This document shows, piece by piece, positions 29,883 through 39,428 of a stretch of DNA of 64,000 bases. This DNA comes from Deltaproteobacteria bacterium (GTDB taxonomy: Bacteria > Desulfobacterota > Binatia > Binatales > Binataceae). A program made the position numbers and the translations under genes. The stretch is from NCBI GenBank assembly GCA_021794015.1, contig JAJYRQ010000015.1, forward strand, positions 8,154 through 72,153, given 5' to 3'. The notes beneath the pieces are model-generated. The model had not been told where the DNA came from. It saw nothing but the letters and a program-made list of their open reading frames with translations, and ran no database searches. Within the stretch, counting starts at the first letter, position 1. The number at the start of each line of letters is the position of its first letter.

Positions 29883-31054
29883 ACAAGGGTGCCCGTGTCC
29901 TGTTTTTGACGTTGACTTTGATTGCGCTCAGCGTGCGGCCGGGAGCGGCCGAGCAAACGCTCAACCTGGGCGCGCTTTTGACGCTGTCGGGTCCCGGAGC
30001 GGCCTGGGGCCAGGGGATGCTGCACGCGGCAGAGTTGGCCGCAGAGGACGAAAATCGCCAGGGCGGCCTCCAGGTCGGCGCCGAACGCTACCGGGTAAAG
30101 ATTATTTCCTATGACGACCGCTACCGCGCCGACGAAGCGATCACGGCCGCCCATCGCTTGGTCTTCGAGGACCACGTGGGCTACGTCGTCGGTCCGGTCG
30201 GGTCAGCGCCTATTCTGGCCATTCAACCGCTCACCGAAAAGCAGCGGGTCATCCTGCTCACCCTGGCTTTTACCGCCAAGGCCCTTGGCCCGGACAAGCC
30301 GTTCACCTTCCGGCCGGCGATCACCACCGGCGAAATGGCGCAGCCTCAGATTAACTGGCTGGTTCGGCACAAGAGGGTCAAGAAGGTCGGCGGACTTTTC
30401 CCCAATGACGAGACCGGGCAGCAGATCGCCAAGGACGTTGCCGCCGCTTATGCCAAGGCAGGCGCGCAACTTTCGGCGCGGGAGTTTTTCGAGCGCGAGC
30501 GGGTTGACTTCACACCCCTGCTCACGCGCATAGCAGCCTCGGGCGTCGATGCTCTGGAGCTGGACGGCAACTCCCCGACCACCGCCGGCCTTATCGTCAA
30601 GCAGGCACGCGAGGTGGGTTTTAGCGGCCTTATCGTTCGCACCGGCGGTCCCGCCACCCAGGAAATAGTCAACGTTGCCGGCCGGCAGGCGGCCCAGGGG
30701 CTGCTGGTCCATACGACTATCGATCCCGGGCTGGCCAGTCTCAAGGCCTACCAGGTGCGCTACGAGAAAACGTTCAAGGAGCCGATGAACGGGTTTAGCC
30801 CGTTTTTCTACGACGGCACCCACATGCTGTTTGCGGCGATGCAGCGGGCGGGAAGCGTAACCGACACCGTCAAGGTGAAAGACGCGCTCCAGTCGATTCA
30901 CGATTACCACGGCGTGCTGGGCACGCTGAGCTGGATCGGCAAGCGCCGCTACGGCATCGCCCATCAGATCGACGCGCCGTTTTACATCGCGCAGGTCCAC
31001 CAGGGGACCGAACGAATCGTGGCGCGATGCACCGTAAGCGGCGGCTGCCGCTAG
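29879..31054 (+). CDS. ABC transporter periplasmic substrate-binding protein (Leu/Ile/Val-binding protein family)
   Basis: Start ATG 29879 preceded by AAGGAAG. Signal peptide MNKGARVLFLTLTLIALSVRPGAA. Type I periplasmic-binding-protein sequence. The ORF-track N-terminal extension (29417) is rejected. Confidence 0.8.
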   Translation: MNKGARVLFLTLTLIALSVRPGAAEQTLNLGALLTLSGPGAAWGQGMLHAAELAAEDENRQGGLQVGAERYRVKIISYDDRYRADEAITAAHRLVFEDHVGYVVGPVGSAPILAIQPLTEKQRVILLTLAFTAKALGPDKPFTFRPAITTGEMAQPQINWLVRHKRVKKVGGLFPNDETGQQIAKDVAAAYAKAGAQLSAREFFERERVDFTPLLTRIAASGVDALELDGNSPTTAGLIVKQAREVGFSGLIVRTGGPATQEIVNVAGRQAAQGLLVHTTIDPGLASLKAYQVRYEKTFKEPMNGFSPFFYDGTHMLFAAMQRAGSVTDTVKVKDALQSIHDYHGVLGTLSWIGKRRYGIAHQIDAPFYIAQVHQGTERIVARCTVSGGCR

Positions 31055-31066
31055 GCGGGCCTGCCG

Positions 31067-31933
31067 GTGGCGGGAAGCCTGGCAGCGCAGTCGCTTGTCA
31101 GCGGCCTGCTGGTGGGCATGCTTTATCTGCTGATGGCGCTGGGTTTTTCGCTGGTCTTCGGCGTCATGAAGGTGGTCAACTTCGCCCACGGCGAGTTCTA
31201 CATGCTGGGCGGCTTTGGCCTTTACCTTTGCTTTGCGTGGTTGGAGCTTCCGTTTGCAGTTTCGGTGGCGCTGGTGTTTGGCGCGGCGGTGGTGGTGGGC
31301 GCTGCGCTCGAGCATGCGGTGCTGCGGCCGTTTCGCGGCGATCCGCTCAACGGGATGGTTGTGACGATCGGTCTGGCGCTGGTGCTGCAGAACGGCGCGC
31401 TCTGGATTTTCGGCCCCAACCCGCTTTCGCTGCCCTCGGTTGTCTCCGGCGCATGGCGGCTCGGTCCGCTGGTGGTTGCGGCGTCGCGGCTTTACGCGGC
31501 GGCCTTTTCGCTCGTCGTGCTGGCGGGTTTTTTCTGCTTTCTACGCTACAGCGCCGCGGGACGCGCGCTTCGGGCGGTGGTTGAAGACGAGGAGATTGCG
31601 CGGCTCCAAGGTATCCGGGCGGGTCTGGCCTACCCCTGGGGTTTCGGACTCGGCACCGGGCTGGCCGCCATCGCGGGCGCGCTGATGGCGCCGCTGTTTT
31701 CGGTCTCGCCCTTTGTGGGAGACACCCCGCTGCTCAAGGCCTTCATCGTGGTGATCCTAGGCGGGTTCGGCAGCCTGCCGGGGGCGGTGTTGGGTAGTCT
31801 TATCTTGGGCGTCACCGACAGCGTTGCAGGCATCTACCTGAGCGCCAGCGTAGCCGACATTCTGCAGTTCGTAATGGTGATCCTGGTGCTGATTTTTCGT
31901 CCCACCGGCCTTTTGGGCGGGAGCGACATTTAG
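31067..31933 (+). CDS. Liv-type ABC transporter permease (LivH family)
   Basis: LVFGVMKVVNFAHGEFYMLGGF motif; polytopic. Confidence 0.85.
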   Translation: MAGSLAAQSLVSGLLVGMLYLLMALGFSLVFGVMKVVNFAHGEFYMLGGFGLYLCFAWLELPFAVSVALVFGAAVVVGAALEHAVLRPFRGDPLNGMVVTIGLALVLQNGALWIFGPNPLSLPSVVSGAWRLGPLVVAASRLYAAAFSLVVLAGFFCFLRYSAAGRALRAVVEDEEIARLQGIRAGLAYPWGFGLGTGLAAIAGALMAPLFSVSPFVGDTPLLKAFIVVILGGFGSLPGAVLGSLILGVTDSVAGIYLSASVADILQFVMVILVLIFRPTGLLGGSDI

Positions 31934-33027
31934 TGTCGAACGGGGTTGGGAGCCGGCCTGCGCCAGGTCGGGCGCGCCAGGTGGGGCGGGTTCTGGGAGT
32001 CGTGGCACTGGTGGTCCTGGCCGCGCTGCCTGGGCTTTCGAGCAACTCGTTTTACCTTCACTTGGCGATTCTTATCTGTCTCAACACGATTTTTGCCTGC
32101 GGGCTTGGGTTAATCGCGCGGGCGGGCCAACTTTCGCTGTGCCATGGCGCGTTTGTCGGCGTGGGCGCCTATGCGGGCGCAGTGCTGGGACTTAAGCTGG
32201 CAGCGCCGTTTTGGTTCGAGGTAGCAGCGGCCACGCTTTTATGCGCGGCGCTGGCGGCCTTGCTCGGCCGGGCGATTCTGGGATTGCGCGGGGTCTATTT
32301 CACGCTAGTCACTTTCGCCTTTGGCGAGGCGGTGCGCCTGTTGTTGCTCGACTGGTCGTGGTTTTCGGGCGGAGCGAACGGGCTTGCCGGGATCGGTCCG
32401 GTGCGACTGGGAGGATTCGTTTTCGCCAGCCGCTTTTCCTTTTACCTGGTGGCTTTGCTCGGCGCCGCGGGGATTGTACTGTTGCTTCGCACGCTGCTGC
32501 GTTCGCCGGTAGGGCGCGCCTTTGGCGCCGTGGCGGAGAACGCCGCGCTGGCCGAGGGCGTGGGTATCAGCGCGAGGCGGGTGCGGATGCTGGCCTTTGT
32601 CCTGGGCAGCGCCAGCGCCGGTGCGGGGGGTGTGCTGCTGGCTCACTATCTGGGTTATATTTCGCCCGAGGCGTTTGGCTTCCCGCTCTCAGTAACGCTG
32701 ATAACGATGGTTGTGCTGGGTGGGCGGACGAGCTGGGCGGGCCCGCTTTTGGGTGCGCTCTTTTTGACCCCTTTGCCTGAGCTGTTGCGCCGCACCGAGG
32801 AATTGCAGCATATCCTTCATGGCTTGATTCTCATTCTGATTCCGCGCCTGTTGCCCCAAGGCCTGGCAGGAGCGGTCGGCGCGGCAGCGGCGATCGCGAA
32901 CAAAGCCCTTGCCGGCGGCCCGGCTGAAAAAAAGCCGACAGCTCAGCAAGACGCCTGCTCCGCGTGCCGCGGCGTTGAAAAAACTGCCCTCGCTCCACCG
33001 GCAAAGCGCTCGCCGGCAATCGAGTAA
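31933..33027 (+). CDS. Liv-type ABC transporter permease (LivM family)
   Basis: Polytopic; GQLSLCHGAFVGVGAYA typical of LivM. Start overlaps the stop of the previous gene. Confidence 0.85.
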   Translation: MSNGVGSRPAPGRARQVGRVLGVVALVVLAALPGLSSNSFYLHLAILICLNTIFACGLGLIARAGQLSLCHGAFVGVGAYAGAVLGLKLAAPFWFEVAAATLLCAALAALLGRAILGLRGVYFTLVTFAFGEAVRLLLLDWSWFSGGANGLAGIGPVRLGGFVFASRFSFYLVALLGAAGIVLLLRTLLRSPVGRAFGAVAENAALAEGVGISARRVRMLAFVLGSASAGAGGVLLAHYLGYISPEAFGFPLSVTLITMVVLGGRTSWAGPLLGALFLTPLPELLRRTEELQHILHGLILILIPRLLPQGLAGAVGAAAAIANKALAGGPAEKKPTAQQDACSACRGVEKTALAPPAKRSPAIE

Positions 33028-33044
33028 GCGGGAGCAAGAGGTCG

Positions 33045-33824
33045 ATGGGAACGTTGCTCGAAGTCAGGCGGGTGAGCCGCTTTTTCGGCGGGCTGGCCGC
33101 GCTGGCCGAGGTATCGCTGAGCGTTGGCGAGGGCGAAGTCGTCGGGCTTATCGGGCCCAATGGGGCGGGCAAGACCACCGCGCTTAGCATCATCAGCGGC
33201 TTTCTGCGCCCTTCGGCCGGAAGCGTGCGCTACTGTGACAGGGAAATCGCGGGCCTGCCTGCCTGGCAAATAACGCGTCTGGGCGTGGCGCGCACCTTTC
33301 AGGCGACCACCGTCTTTGCCGGGGCGACCGTCTTCGATAACTTGGCGCGAGCCGCCCTGGTGCGCGCCTCCTATCCCTTGTTCGGCCAGCTCGTCGGCAG
33401 CCACGCCAGCCGCGCTGTGGAGAAGACAGTCAGAGCCAAAGTTGAGGCCCTGGCAGAAGAGTTCGCTCTTTCGTGCTGGCTTTCGCGACCGGCAGGCAGC
33501 CTCTCCTACGGCCATCAAAAACGCCTGGGAGTCGCGCTGGCGCTGGCCACCGAACCGCAGCTTTTGCTGCTCGATGAGCCGGTGGCAGGCCTCAATCCCC
33601 AGGAGTGCACCGAGTTCGCCACGCTGCTCAAACGCCTGCAGCAAAACCGCTCCCTCTCGCTCCTGCTGGTCGAACACCATATCCAGTTTGTCACCGGTCT
33701 TTGCCAGCGGGTGGTGGCGCTCGACCACGGACGCAAAATCGCCGACGCGCCGCCCGCCGAGCTGGTCAGCAACCCGGCCGTGGTCGAGGCATACCTGGGA
33801 AGCGAAGATGACGACTTTGCTTGA
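33045..33824 (+). CDS. ABC transporter ATP-binding protein (LivG family)
   Basis: Walker A GPNGAGKTTALSIISG, signature LSYGHQKRLGVALALA, Walker B LLLDEPVAGL. Confidence 0.85.
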   Translation: MGTLLEVRRVSRFFGGLAALAEVSLSVGEGEVVGLIGPNGAGKTTALSIISGFLRPSAGSVRYCDREIAGLPAWQITRLGVARTFQATTVFAGATVFDNLARAALVRASYPLFGQLVGSHASRAVEKTVRAKVEALAEEFALSCWLSRPAGSLSYGHQKRLGVALALATEPQLLLLDEPVAGLNPQECTEFATLLKRLQQNRSLSLLLVEHHIQFVTGLCQRVVALDHGRKIADAPPAELVSNPAVVEAYLGSEDDDFA

Positions 33825-34526
33825 GCTGAGCGAGCTGCGAGTTGCCTACGGCCCCATCGAGGTTGTTCGCGGCGTCTCATTGAGCGTCGAGCAGGGCTCG
33901 GTGTCAGCCCTGATTGGTTCCAACGGCGCCGGAAAGACCACCTCGCTGAGAGCCGTCGTCGGATTGGCCAGGCTTTGCGGCGGTGCGATTTGGTTGGACG
34001 GGGAACGAATCGACGGCCTGGAGACAGCCGAGCTGGCGCGGCGCGGGATTGCACTCTCACCCGAAGGGCGACGGCTGTTCGCCGCGATGACGGTGCGCGA
34101 AACCTACTCGTCGGCGCGCATGCGGTCCGGGATCGAGCCGCGGCCAGGCGGACCTTCGACTGGGTGATGGCCCGCTTCGCGCAACTCAAAACACGGCTGG
34201 CTCAGCCGGCCGGGTCGCTTTCCGGCGGCGAGCAGCAGATGGTCGCCATCGGCCGCGCGCTCATGGCTCAGCCGCGAGTGTTGCTGCTCGACGAGCCCTC
34301 GCTTGGGCTGGCGCCCCAGATGGTGCGCGAGGTGGCCCGGCTGATCCGCGAAATCAGCCGCGAGTTGCAGGTCACGATTGTCCTGGTCGAGCAGAATGCG
34401 CGCCTGGCGCTGCGCCTTTGCCGGCGCGCCTACGTGATGGAACAGGGGAGGATCGTCCTGTCCGGCTCCGGCTCGGAGCTCCTGCAAAGTCCCTTTGTTG
34501 CCGAGGCTTACCTCGGAATCCGCTAG
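33808..34526 (+). pseudogene. ABC transporter ATP-binding protein (LivF family) interrupted by a -1 frameshift near 34099-34104
   Basis: The N-terminal part (MTTLLELSELRVAYG...GSNGAGKTTSLRAV...MTVRE) is in one frame and stops at 34167. The C-terminal part (NLLVGAHAV...LSGGEQQMVAIGRAL...LLLDEPSLGLAP...) continues in the +1 frame to 34526. The join is at the run CGCGAAACC, where GAAAAC would restore the frame. Either a genuine pseudogene or a 1-nt homopolymer sequencing error. Confidence 0.6.
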
Positions 34527-34693
34527 CGAAAAACCGGCAGCCTCCCGCCGTTGAAACGGTTGCGCTTGTCCGGCGCGGGGATCAGACTTACCTCAAGAGC
34601 AATTGTCAGCCGAGCCGCGCACCTGTCGCCGGCACCGGTACGCCTTGTTGCCTGTGAGCCGGCCCACGGCGGCTCGCTGACACTTGCGGGTGG

Positions 34694-36142
34694 GTGATGA
34701 GCGCGCTTCCATTTCTAGTCGGGGATTCCTGGGTAGTCGGTTCGGGTGAGCCAATCAGGTCGGTCAATCCCGCCGACGCAACGCTCAACTACGAGGTCAG
34801 CACAGCCGACGCCAGTCAAGTTGACGCCGCGGTTCGTGCCGCGGTCAAGGCCCAGGCCAATCCCTGCTGGCGGCGCATGAAGCCGCACGAACGAGCGCGT
34901 CTGCTCTATCGGGTGGCCGAGCTCATCGCCGCCCGCGCCGAAGAACTGGCCGGCCGGCAGATGCGCGAGAACGGCAAACTGCGCGCCGAATGCCGCGGCC
35001 AGGCGGCCAGCGCTGCCGCCACGTTTCGCTATTACGCCGCGGTTTGCGAGAGCGCTTCATCCGAACTGACTGCGCCGCGCGGCTCCTACTACAGCATGAC
35101 CGTCTATGAACCGGTCGGGGTGGCGGCGGCGCTCACGCCATGGAATTCGCCGCTTACCATGGAGGCGCAAAAGGTCGCCCCGGCGCTGGCGGCGGGCAAT
35201 GCCGTGGTGCTCAAGCCGTCCGAGGTGACGCCTACCCTGGGGCTCGAGCTCGGTCGCCTTTGCCTTGAGGCAGGCGTGCCGCCGGGAATCGTCAACGTTG
35301 TGGCGGGTCGGGGTCAGCCGACCGGGCTGGCCCTCTTATGGCATCCGCAAGTCCGGATGTTCGCCTTTACCGGCGGGACCGCCACTGGGCGAGTAGTGGC
35401 ACGCGTTGCAGCCGAGCGGCTGGTGCCCACGCTTCTCGAGTTGGGCGGCAAGTCGCCGCAGATCGTTTTTGCCGACGCTGACCTGGACAAGGCCGTAGCC
35501 GGGGTAATCGACGGCATCTTCAGCTCGACCGGGCAGTCATGTGTTGCCGGCTCGCGGCTTTTCGTCGAGGCCTCGCTTTACGACCGCTTTCTTGAGCGGC
35601 TGGTTGAAGGCACGCGCAAGCTTAAGGTTGGCCTGCCCGACGCCGAGGGCTCACAGGTCGGTCCTCTGGCCTCGTTTGCCCATCGCGACCGCGTTGAGTC
35701 GTACATCGAGGCGGCGCGTAAGGAGCGTGGCGAGGTTCTTGTCGGAGGGCGCCGTCCGGACAGTCAGGAGCTCAAGAAGGGGGCGTTTTACCTGCCAACG
35801 GTCATCGTCGGACTTAGCAATCGGGCCAGGGTCTGCCAGGAGGAAATTTTCGGCCCGGTACTCTGCGTGCTGCCGTTCAAGGACGAGGACGAGCTTGTTG
35901 CCCAGGCCAACGACACCGTCTACGGCTTGGCCTGCGGCATCTGGACCGCAGACTACCGCAAAGCCTGGCGCGTTGCCCGGGCAATCGAAGCCGGCACGAT
36001 CTGGATTAACACCTACAAGCAACTGAGCATCTCGACTCCGTTCGGCGGCTTTAAGGAAAGCGGCCTCGGACGCGAAAAGGGAGTCGGCGGAATGCGCGCC
36101 TACCAGTTAGCCAAAAGCCTCTACTGGCAGGTGGATGCTTAG
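34694..36142 (+). CDS. NAD(P)-dependent aldehyde dehydrogenase
   Basis: ALDH motifs VLKPSEVTP, ELGGKSP, catalytic Cys region GQSCVAGSR, and EEIFGPV. Confidence 0.85.
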   Translation: MMSALPFLVGDSWVVGSGEPIRSVNPADATLNYEVSTADASQVDAAVRAAVKAQANPCWRRMKPHERARLLYRVAELIAARAEELAGRQMRENGKLRAECRGQAASAAATFRYYAAVCESASSELTAPRGSYYSMTVYEPVGVAAALTPWNSPLTMEAQKVAPALAAGNAVVLKPSEVTPTLGLELGRLCLEAGVPPGIVNVVAGRGQPTGLALLWHPQVRMFAFTGGTATGRVVARVAAERLVPTLLELGGKSPQIVFADADLDKAVAGVIDGIFSSTGQSCVAGSRLFVEASLYDRFLERLVEGTRKLKVGLPDAEGSQVGPLASFAHRDRVESYIEAARKERGEVLVGGRRPDSQELKKGAFYLPTVIVGLSNRARVCQEEIFGPVLCVLPFKDEDELVAQANDTVYGLACGIWTADYRKAWRVARAIEAGTIWINTYKQLSISTPFGGFKESGLGREKGVGGMRAYQLAKSLYWQVDA

Positions 36143-36225
36143 CGCCGCCCCGCGCTCCACCCGCCGTAAGCCGCCGGCCCGACGCTCAACCTGAAAAGAG
36201 CCCGATCCTCGGCGAGGCTAAGCCA

Positions 36226-37113
36226 ATGAGCGAACCAAGCAAGCTGGGATTCATCGGCCTGGGCGTGATGGGAGAGCCGATGTGCCGTCACCTGGGGCGC
36301 AAATCGGGCCTTCCGGTCATAGCGTACGACCTACGTCCCGAGCCGCTCGAGAGATTGCGCGACGACGGGGTTCGTCGCATGGCGTCGGTCCCCGAGCTGG
36401 CCGCCGAAGCAGATATCGTCTTCCTGTCGCTGCCCGGCGGCAAGGAGGTGCGCCAGCTTTGCGGCGGAGCTCGGGGATTAGTCGCGCTGGCGCGCAGCGG
36501 TCAGACGATCGTTGACCTCGGCACCTCGCCGGTGAGTCTGGCGCGCGAGCTGGCCAAGCGCCTTGGCGCCAAGGGCGCCGACTTTGCCGACGCGCCGGTT
36601 GCGCGCACGCGAGAGGCCGCCCAGCAGGGAACGTTAAGCGTGATGGTTGGCGCCAGCGAACCTGTCTTTCGCCGCATCGAGCCGCTGCTGCGCTGCTTTG
36701 CGGCGGAAATTACCCGGTGTGGCGAGGTCGGCGCCGGCCAAGTCGTGAAAATCATCAACAACATGGTGCTCTTTCAAACCGGGGTCGCTCTGGCCGAAGC
36801 GCTGACGCTTGCCCGCAAGAGCGGGGTGGACGGAGCGCTGCTGTTTCAAACGCTGGCCAAGGGCTCGGCTGACAGCTTTGCTCTGCGCAACCACGGCATG
36901 AAGGCGATGCTGCCCGGGGTCTTCCCTGAACCGGCCTTCTCGGCGGAGTACGCGCTCAAGGACCTAAGCTATGCACTGGAGATGGCGGGCGAAGTCGGAA
37001 CCCAGCTAAGGGGCGCAGAGCTGGCCGGCCAGATGCTTCGGGAAACCATCGCGCAAGGCAACGGCCGGCGTTACTGGCCGGTCCTGCTGGAAGCTATCGC
37101 GCGCTCACGCTGA
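36226..37113 (+). CDS. 3-hydroxyisobutyrate dehydrogenase-family beta-hydroxyacid dehydrogenase
   Basis: N-terminal KLGFIGLGVMGEPM Rossmann motif; family length (295 aa); VVKIINNMV. Confidence 0.8.
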   Translation: MSEPSKLGFIGLGVMGEPMCRHLGRKSGLPVIAYDLRPEPLERLRDDGVRRMASVPELAAEADIVFLSLPGGKEVRQLCGGARGLVALARSGQTIVDLGTSPVSLARELAKRLGAKGADFADAPVARTREAAQQGTLSVMVGASEPVFRRIEPLLRCFAAEITRCGEVGAGQVVKIINNMVLFQTGVALAEALTLARKSGVDGALLFQTLAKGSADSFALRNHGMKAMLPGVFPEPAFSAEYALKDLSYALEMAGEVGTQLRGAELAGQMLRETIAQGNGRRYWPVLLEAIARSR

Positions 37114-37196
37114 CGCGGCGCGCAGCCGCTTTACCCGGCGCTGGCGCGTGCCGCGGTCAGGACTGCATCGGCCATGCTCTGGGCGGTGAACCTCGC

Positions 37197-38153
37197 CTAC
37201 GCCGGGGCGGCAAAGACGAAGGGCAGCGGCGTGGCGCGCTGCATCCCTTGCTCGGCAAGCTTAAGGTCAAGCGCAATCGTGGCGAGATCGTCGGCCACCA
37301 GGTCCAGTTGCGGCTCTTTTTCCAGGTCGAGCACTTTTAGGTAGGTGCGGCAGTTGCCGCAGGTTTCGGCTCTTATGCCTCCCGCCTGCCCTTGAAGTCC
37401 GTAGTAAGTAATCCCTCCAGTGTCCAGGCAGTTGCTGCACTTGATCCGCGCCATGTACCATTCGGTGGCGCAAAGGCCGCAGAAGAGGTAGCGCGCGCGG
37501 TTGTAGCGCGGTTCGGCGTGCATCACAGCGACCGCCGGCGCATGACCGCAGCTCGGACACGCGCCTCGTTCTCGTGCGGGCGCGAGCCTGGCGGCCTCCA
37601 ACTTACTGGCCATCGCAACCCAGTGCACCTCGAGCGCCGCCTTGACGAACGGCGCCAGCACCGGGTCCACGGGATCGCTGACTTCGCCGAGCAGCGCCGC
37701 AGCCCAGGCGTTCAGCACGCGCCGGTCGATCGTCCGCAGCCGCTTAAGCGCCCGGCGCGCCGCCTCGGGCATCTCGATTCCCTCGATCCAAGCGGCAACT
37801 GCACCCAAGGTGTCGCCCCAGTCGGGGTTGAGCGCAAGCGCCTGCGGCCCCAACGGGGCGCTGGGCGCTTCGTCGCCGGTGACGGCCGACGCAATGCCGG
37901 GCAGCGTACGTTCGCCAAGCGCGCCGATCGCGTCTTCCTGCGCTCGGCACAAGGCCGCCGCGAAGCGCAGGAACGGACCGAGCGAATGTCCTTCAGAGAT
38001 TGCTCCGAGACGCTCTGCCCGGCGCCCGAAAAGGCCGCGCCTCGGGGCCAGGATAACCCGCGGCGCGTCGTCGGGGGAGGCCACTTCCTGGCGTTCCAGC
38101 AGAAACTCGCCGGTGGTGGTCTTCTGGCCGTTTCCTTGCATCAGTTCAGCCAT
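37197..38153 (-). CDS. fdhE: Formate dehydrogenase accessory protein FdhE
   Basis: Four CxxC pairs in the C-terminal half (CPSCGH, CGLCATEW, CSNCLD, CGNCRTY). Sits at the 3' end of the fdh operon. Confidence 0.8.
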   Translation of the reverse strand: MAELMQGNGQKTTTGEFLLERQEVASPDDAPRVILAPRRGLFGRRAERLGAISEGHSLGPFLRFAAALCRAQEDAIGALGERTLPGIASAVTGDEAPSAPLGPQALALNPDWGDTLGAVAAWIEGIEMPEAARRALKRLRTIDRRVLNAWAAALLGEVSDPVDPVLAPFVKAALEVHWVAMASKLEAARLAPARERGACPSCGHAPAVAVMHAEPRYNRARYLFCGLCATEWYMARIKCSNCLDTGGITYYGLQGQAGGIRAETCGNCRTYLKVLDLEKEPQLDLVADDLATIALDLKLAEQGMQRATPLPFVFAAPA

Positions 38154-38278
38154 TGCGGGCCTCAGGGCAACGCCGCCCGCTCTCCGCGCTACGGCGGGCC
38201 AACCGGCGAAGGCAGGCTAACCCGCCCGCCGCTTGAGCCATGGCGGTTGATCTTGTCGATCGCCAAAGCCGCCTCCTA

Positions 38279-38761
38279 TCAGTAGGGCCGGCCGTCCTTG
38301 TGGGTGAAAAGGCGTTTCCCGTCGCGGCTAACTGCGACCTGAAGGTCGTCATCGGGGTAGAAGACTTCGTCCTCAGGGCTCCTGTCGCCGACCTCCAGGT
38401 AGAGGATGTGTCGGTCGCTGCGGTTGACCAGATGGTGGGCTTCGCCTGCGGCGGGGAAACCGGCGCACATCCCCGGCCGAAGCGGCGTTTCCCGCCCGTG
38501 GCCGGTCACCAGCGTCGGTTCGCCCTCGAGGACGTAAATGAACTCATCCTGCCTGGTGTGGCGATGGTGCAGGGCGGAAATGGCGCCGGGTGCAAGCCGG
38601 GTCAGGTTCACGCCAAAGTTTTTAAGGCCAAACAGGTCTCCCAGCGGCCGCTTTTCCCGCCCTTTCACGCGCGCCGCAATCGGCTCAGGGTAAAGCGAGG
38701 CTTTGGCGCGCGGCGGCGCCGCTGCCGCATCGAGCGCCGCAGCTTGAGCCGACTCAGCCAT
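38279..38761 (-). CDS. Cupin-domain protein
   Basis: Cupin motifs G(x)5HxH...E (ALHHRHTRQDEFIYVLEGE) and a second His region (GEAHHLVN); 160 aa. Confidence 0.6.
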   Translation of the reverse strand: MAESAQAAALDAAAAPPRAKASLYPEPIAARVKGREKRPLGDLFGLKNFGVNLTRLAPGAISALHHRHTRQDEFIYVLEGEPTLVTGHGRETPLRPGMCAGFPAAGEAHHLVNRSDRHILYLEVGDRSPEDEVFYPDDDLQVAVSRDGKRLFTHKDGRPY

Positions 38762-38779
38762 ACCAAGCCCCCGGCGAGG

Positions 38780-39415
38780 CTAGGCCGCGCCGCCCTTGGA
38801 GATTTCGCGGTACCAGGCCGCGTGGTGTTGCTTCGCCCAGGCGGGCGTAACCGTGCCGCGCGTCATCGAACGCACCGAGCCTTTGACCCAGAACGAGGCG
38901 TAGATGTGCACGATGATCCCGATGATCAGCACGAAGGCGGAAATGGCATGCACGTCAGCGGCCAGCCGGCGCATCCCGAGCGAGAAATCCAGGGCGAAGT
39001 AACCGTACCACATCACCAATCCGCTCAGCAGCAGCAGCACCAGCGTTATCAGCATCACCCAGAAGAGCACTTTCTGCCCCGCGTTGTAGCGGCCGACCTC
39101 GGGCAATCGCTCCTCGTGGTTGGCAACCACGTCGCCGATCTGGGAGAGCCACTTGCGATCGCCGGCGGTAAGCTTGTTGTCCCGGCAAAAGCGGATCGCC
39201 AGCGCCGCAAAAAACACAAATACCACGAGCCCGATCCAGGGATGCGAAGCCCGCGTCCACGGTCCGCCGCCAAACAGCGCCGACAGCGGCACGAACATCG
39301 GATGGTACATCGCAAGGCCGCCGAGCCCCGCCAGAATGAAAGAGACGGCCACCACCCAGTGGATGAACCGATCGCCGGGCCGGTAACGTACGATCAGGTT
39401 GTTCTGCCGTTCCAT
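38780..39415 (-). CDS. fdnI: Formate dehydrogenase gamma subunit (cytochrome b556, FdnI/FdoI)
   Basis: Four TM helices with conserved His (FIHWVVAVSF; HPWIGL; HAISAFVLIIGIIVHIY). N-terminal MERQNNLIVRY. Confidence 0.8.
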   Translation of the reverse strand: MERQNNLIVRYRPGDRFIHWVVAVSFILAGLGGLAMYHPMFVPLSALFGGGPWTRASHPWIGLVVFVFFAALAIRFCRDNKLTAGDRKWLSQIGDVVANHEERLPEVGRYNAGQKVLFWVMLITLVLLLLSGLVMWYGYFALDFSLGMRRLAADVHAISAFVLIIGIIVHIYASFWVKGSVRSMTRGTVTPAWAKQHHAAWYREISKGGAA

Positions 39416-39428
39416 GGCAAATTTTCCT

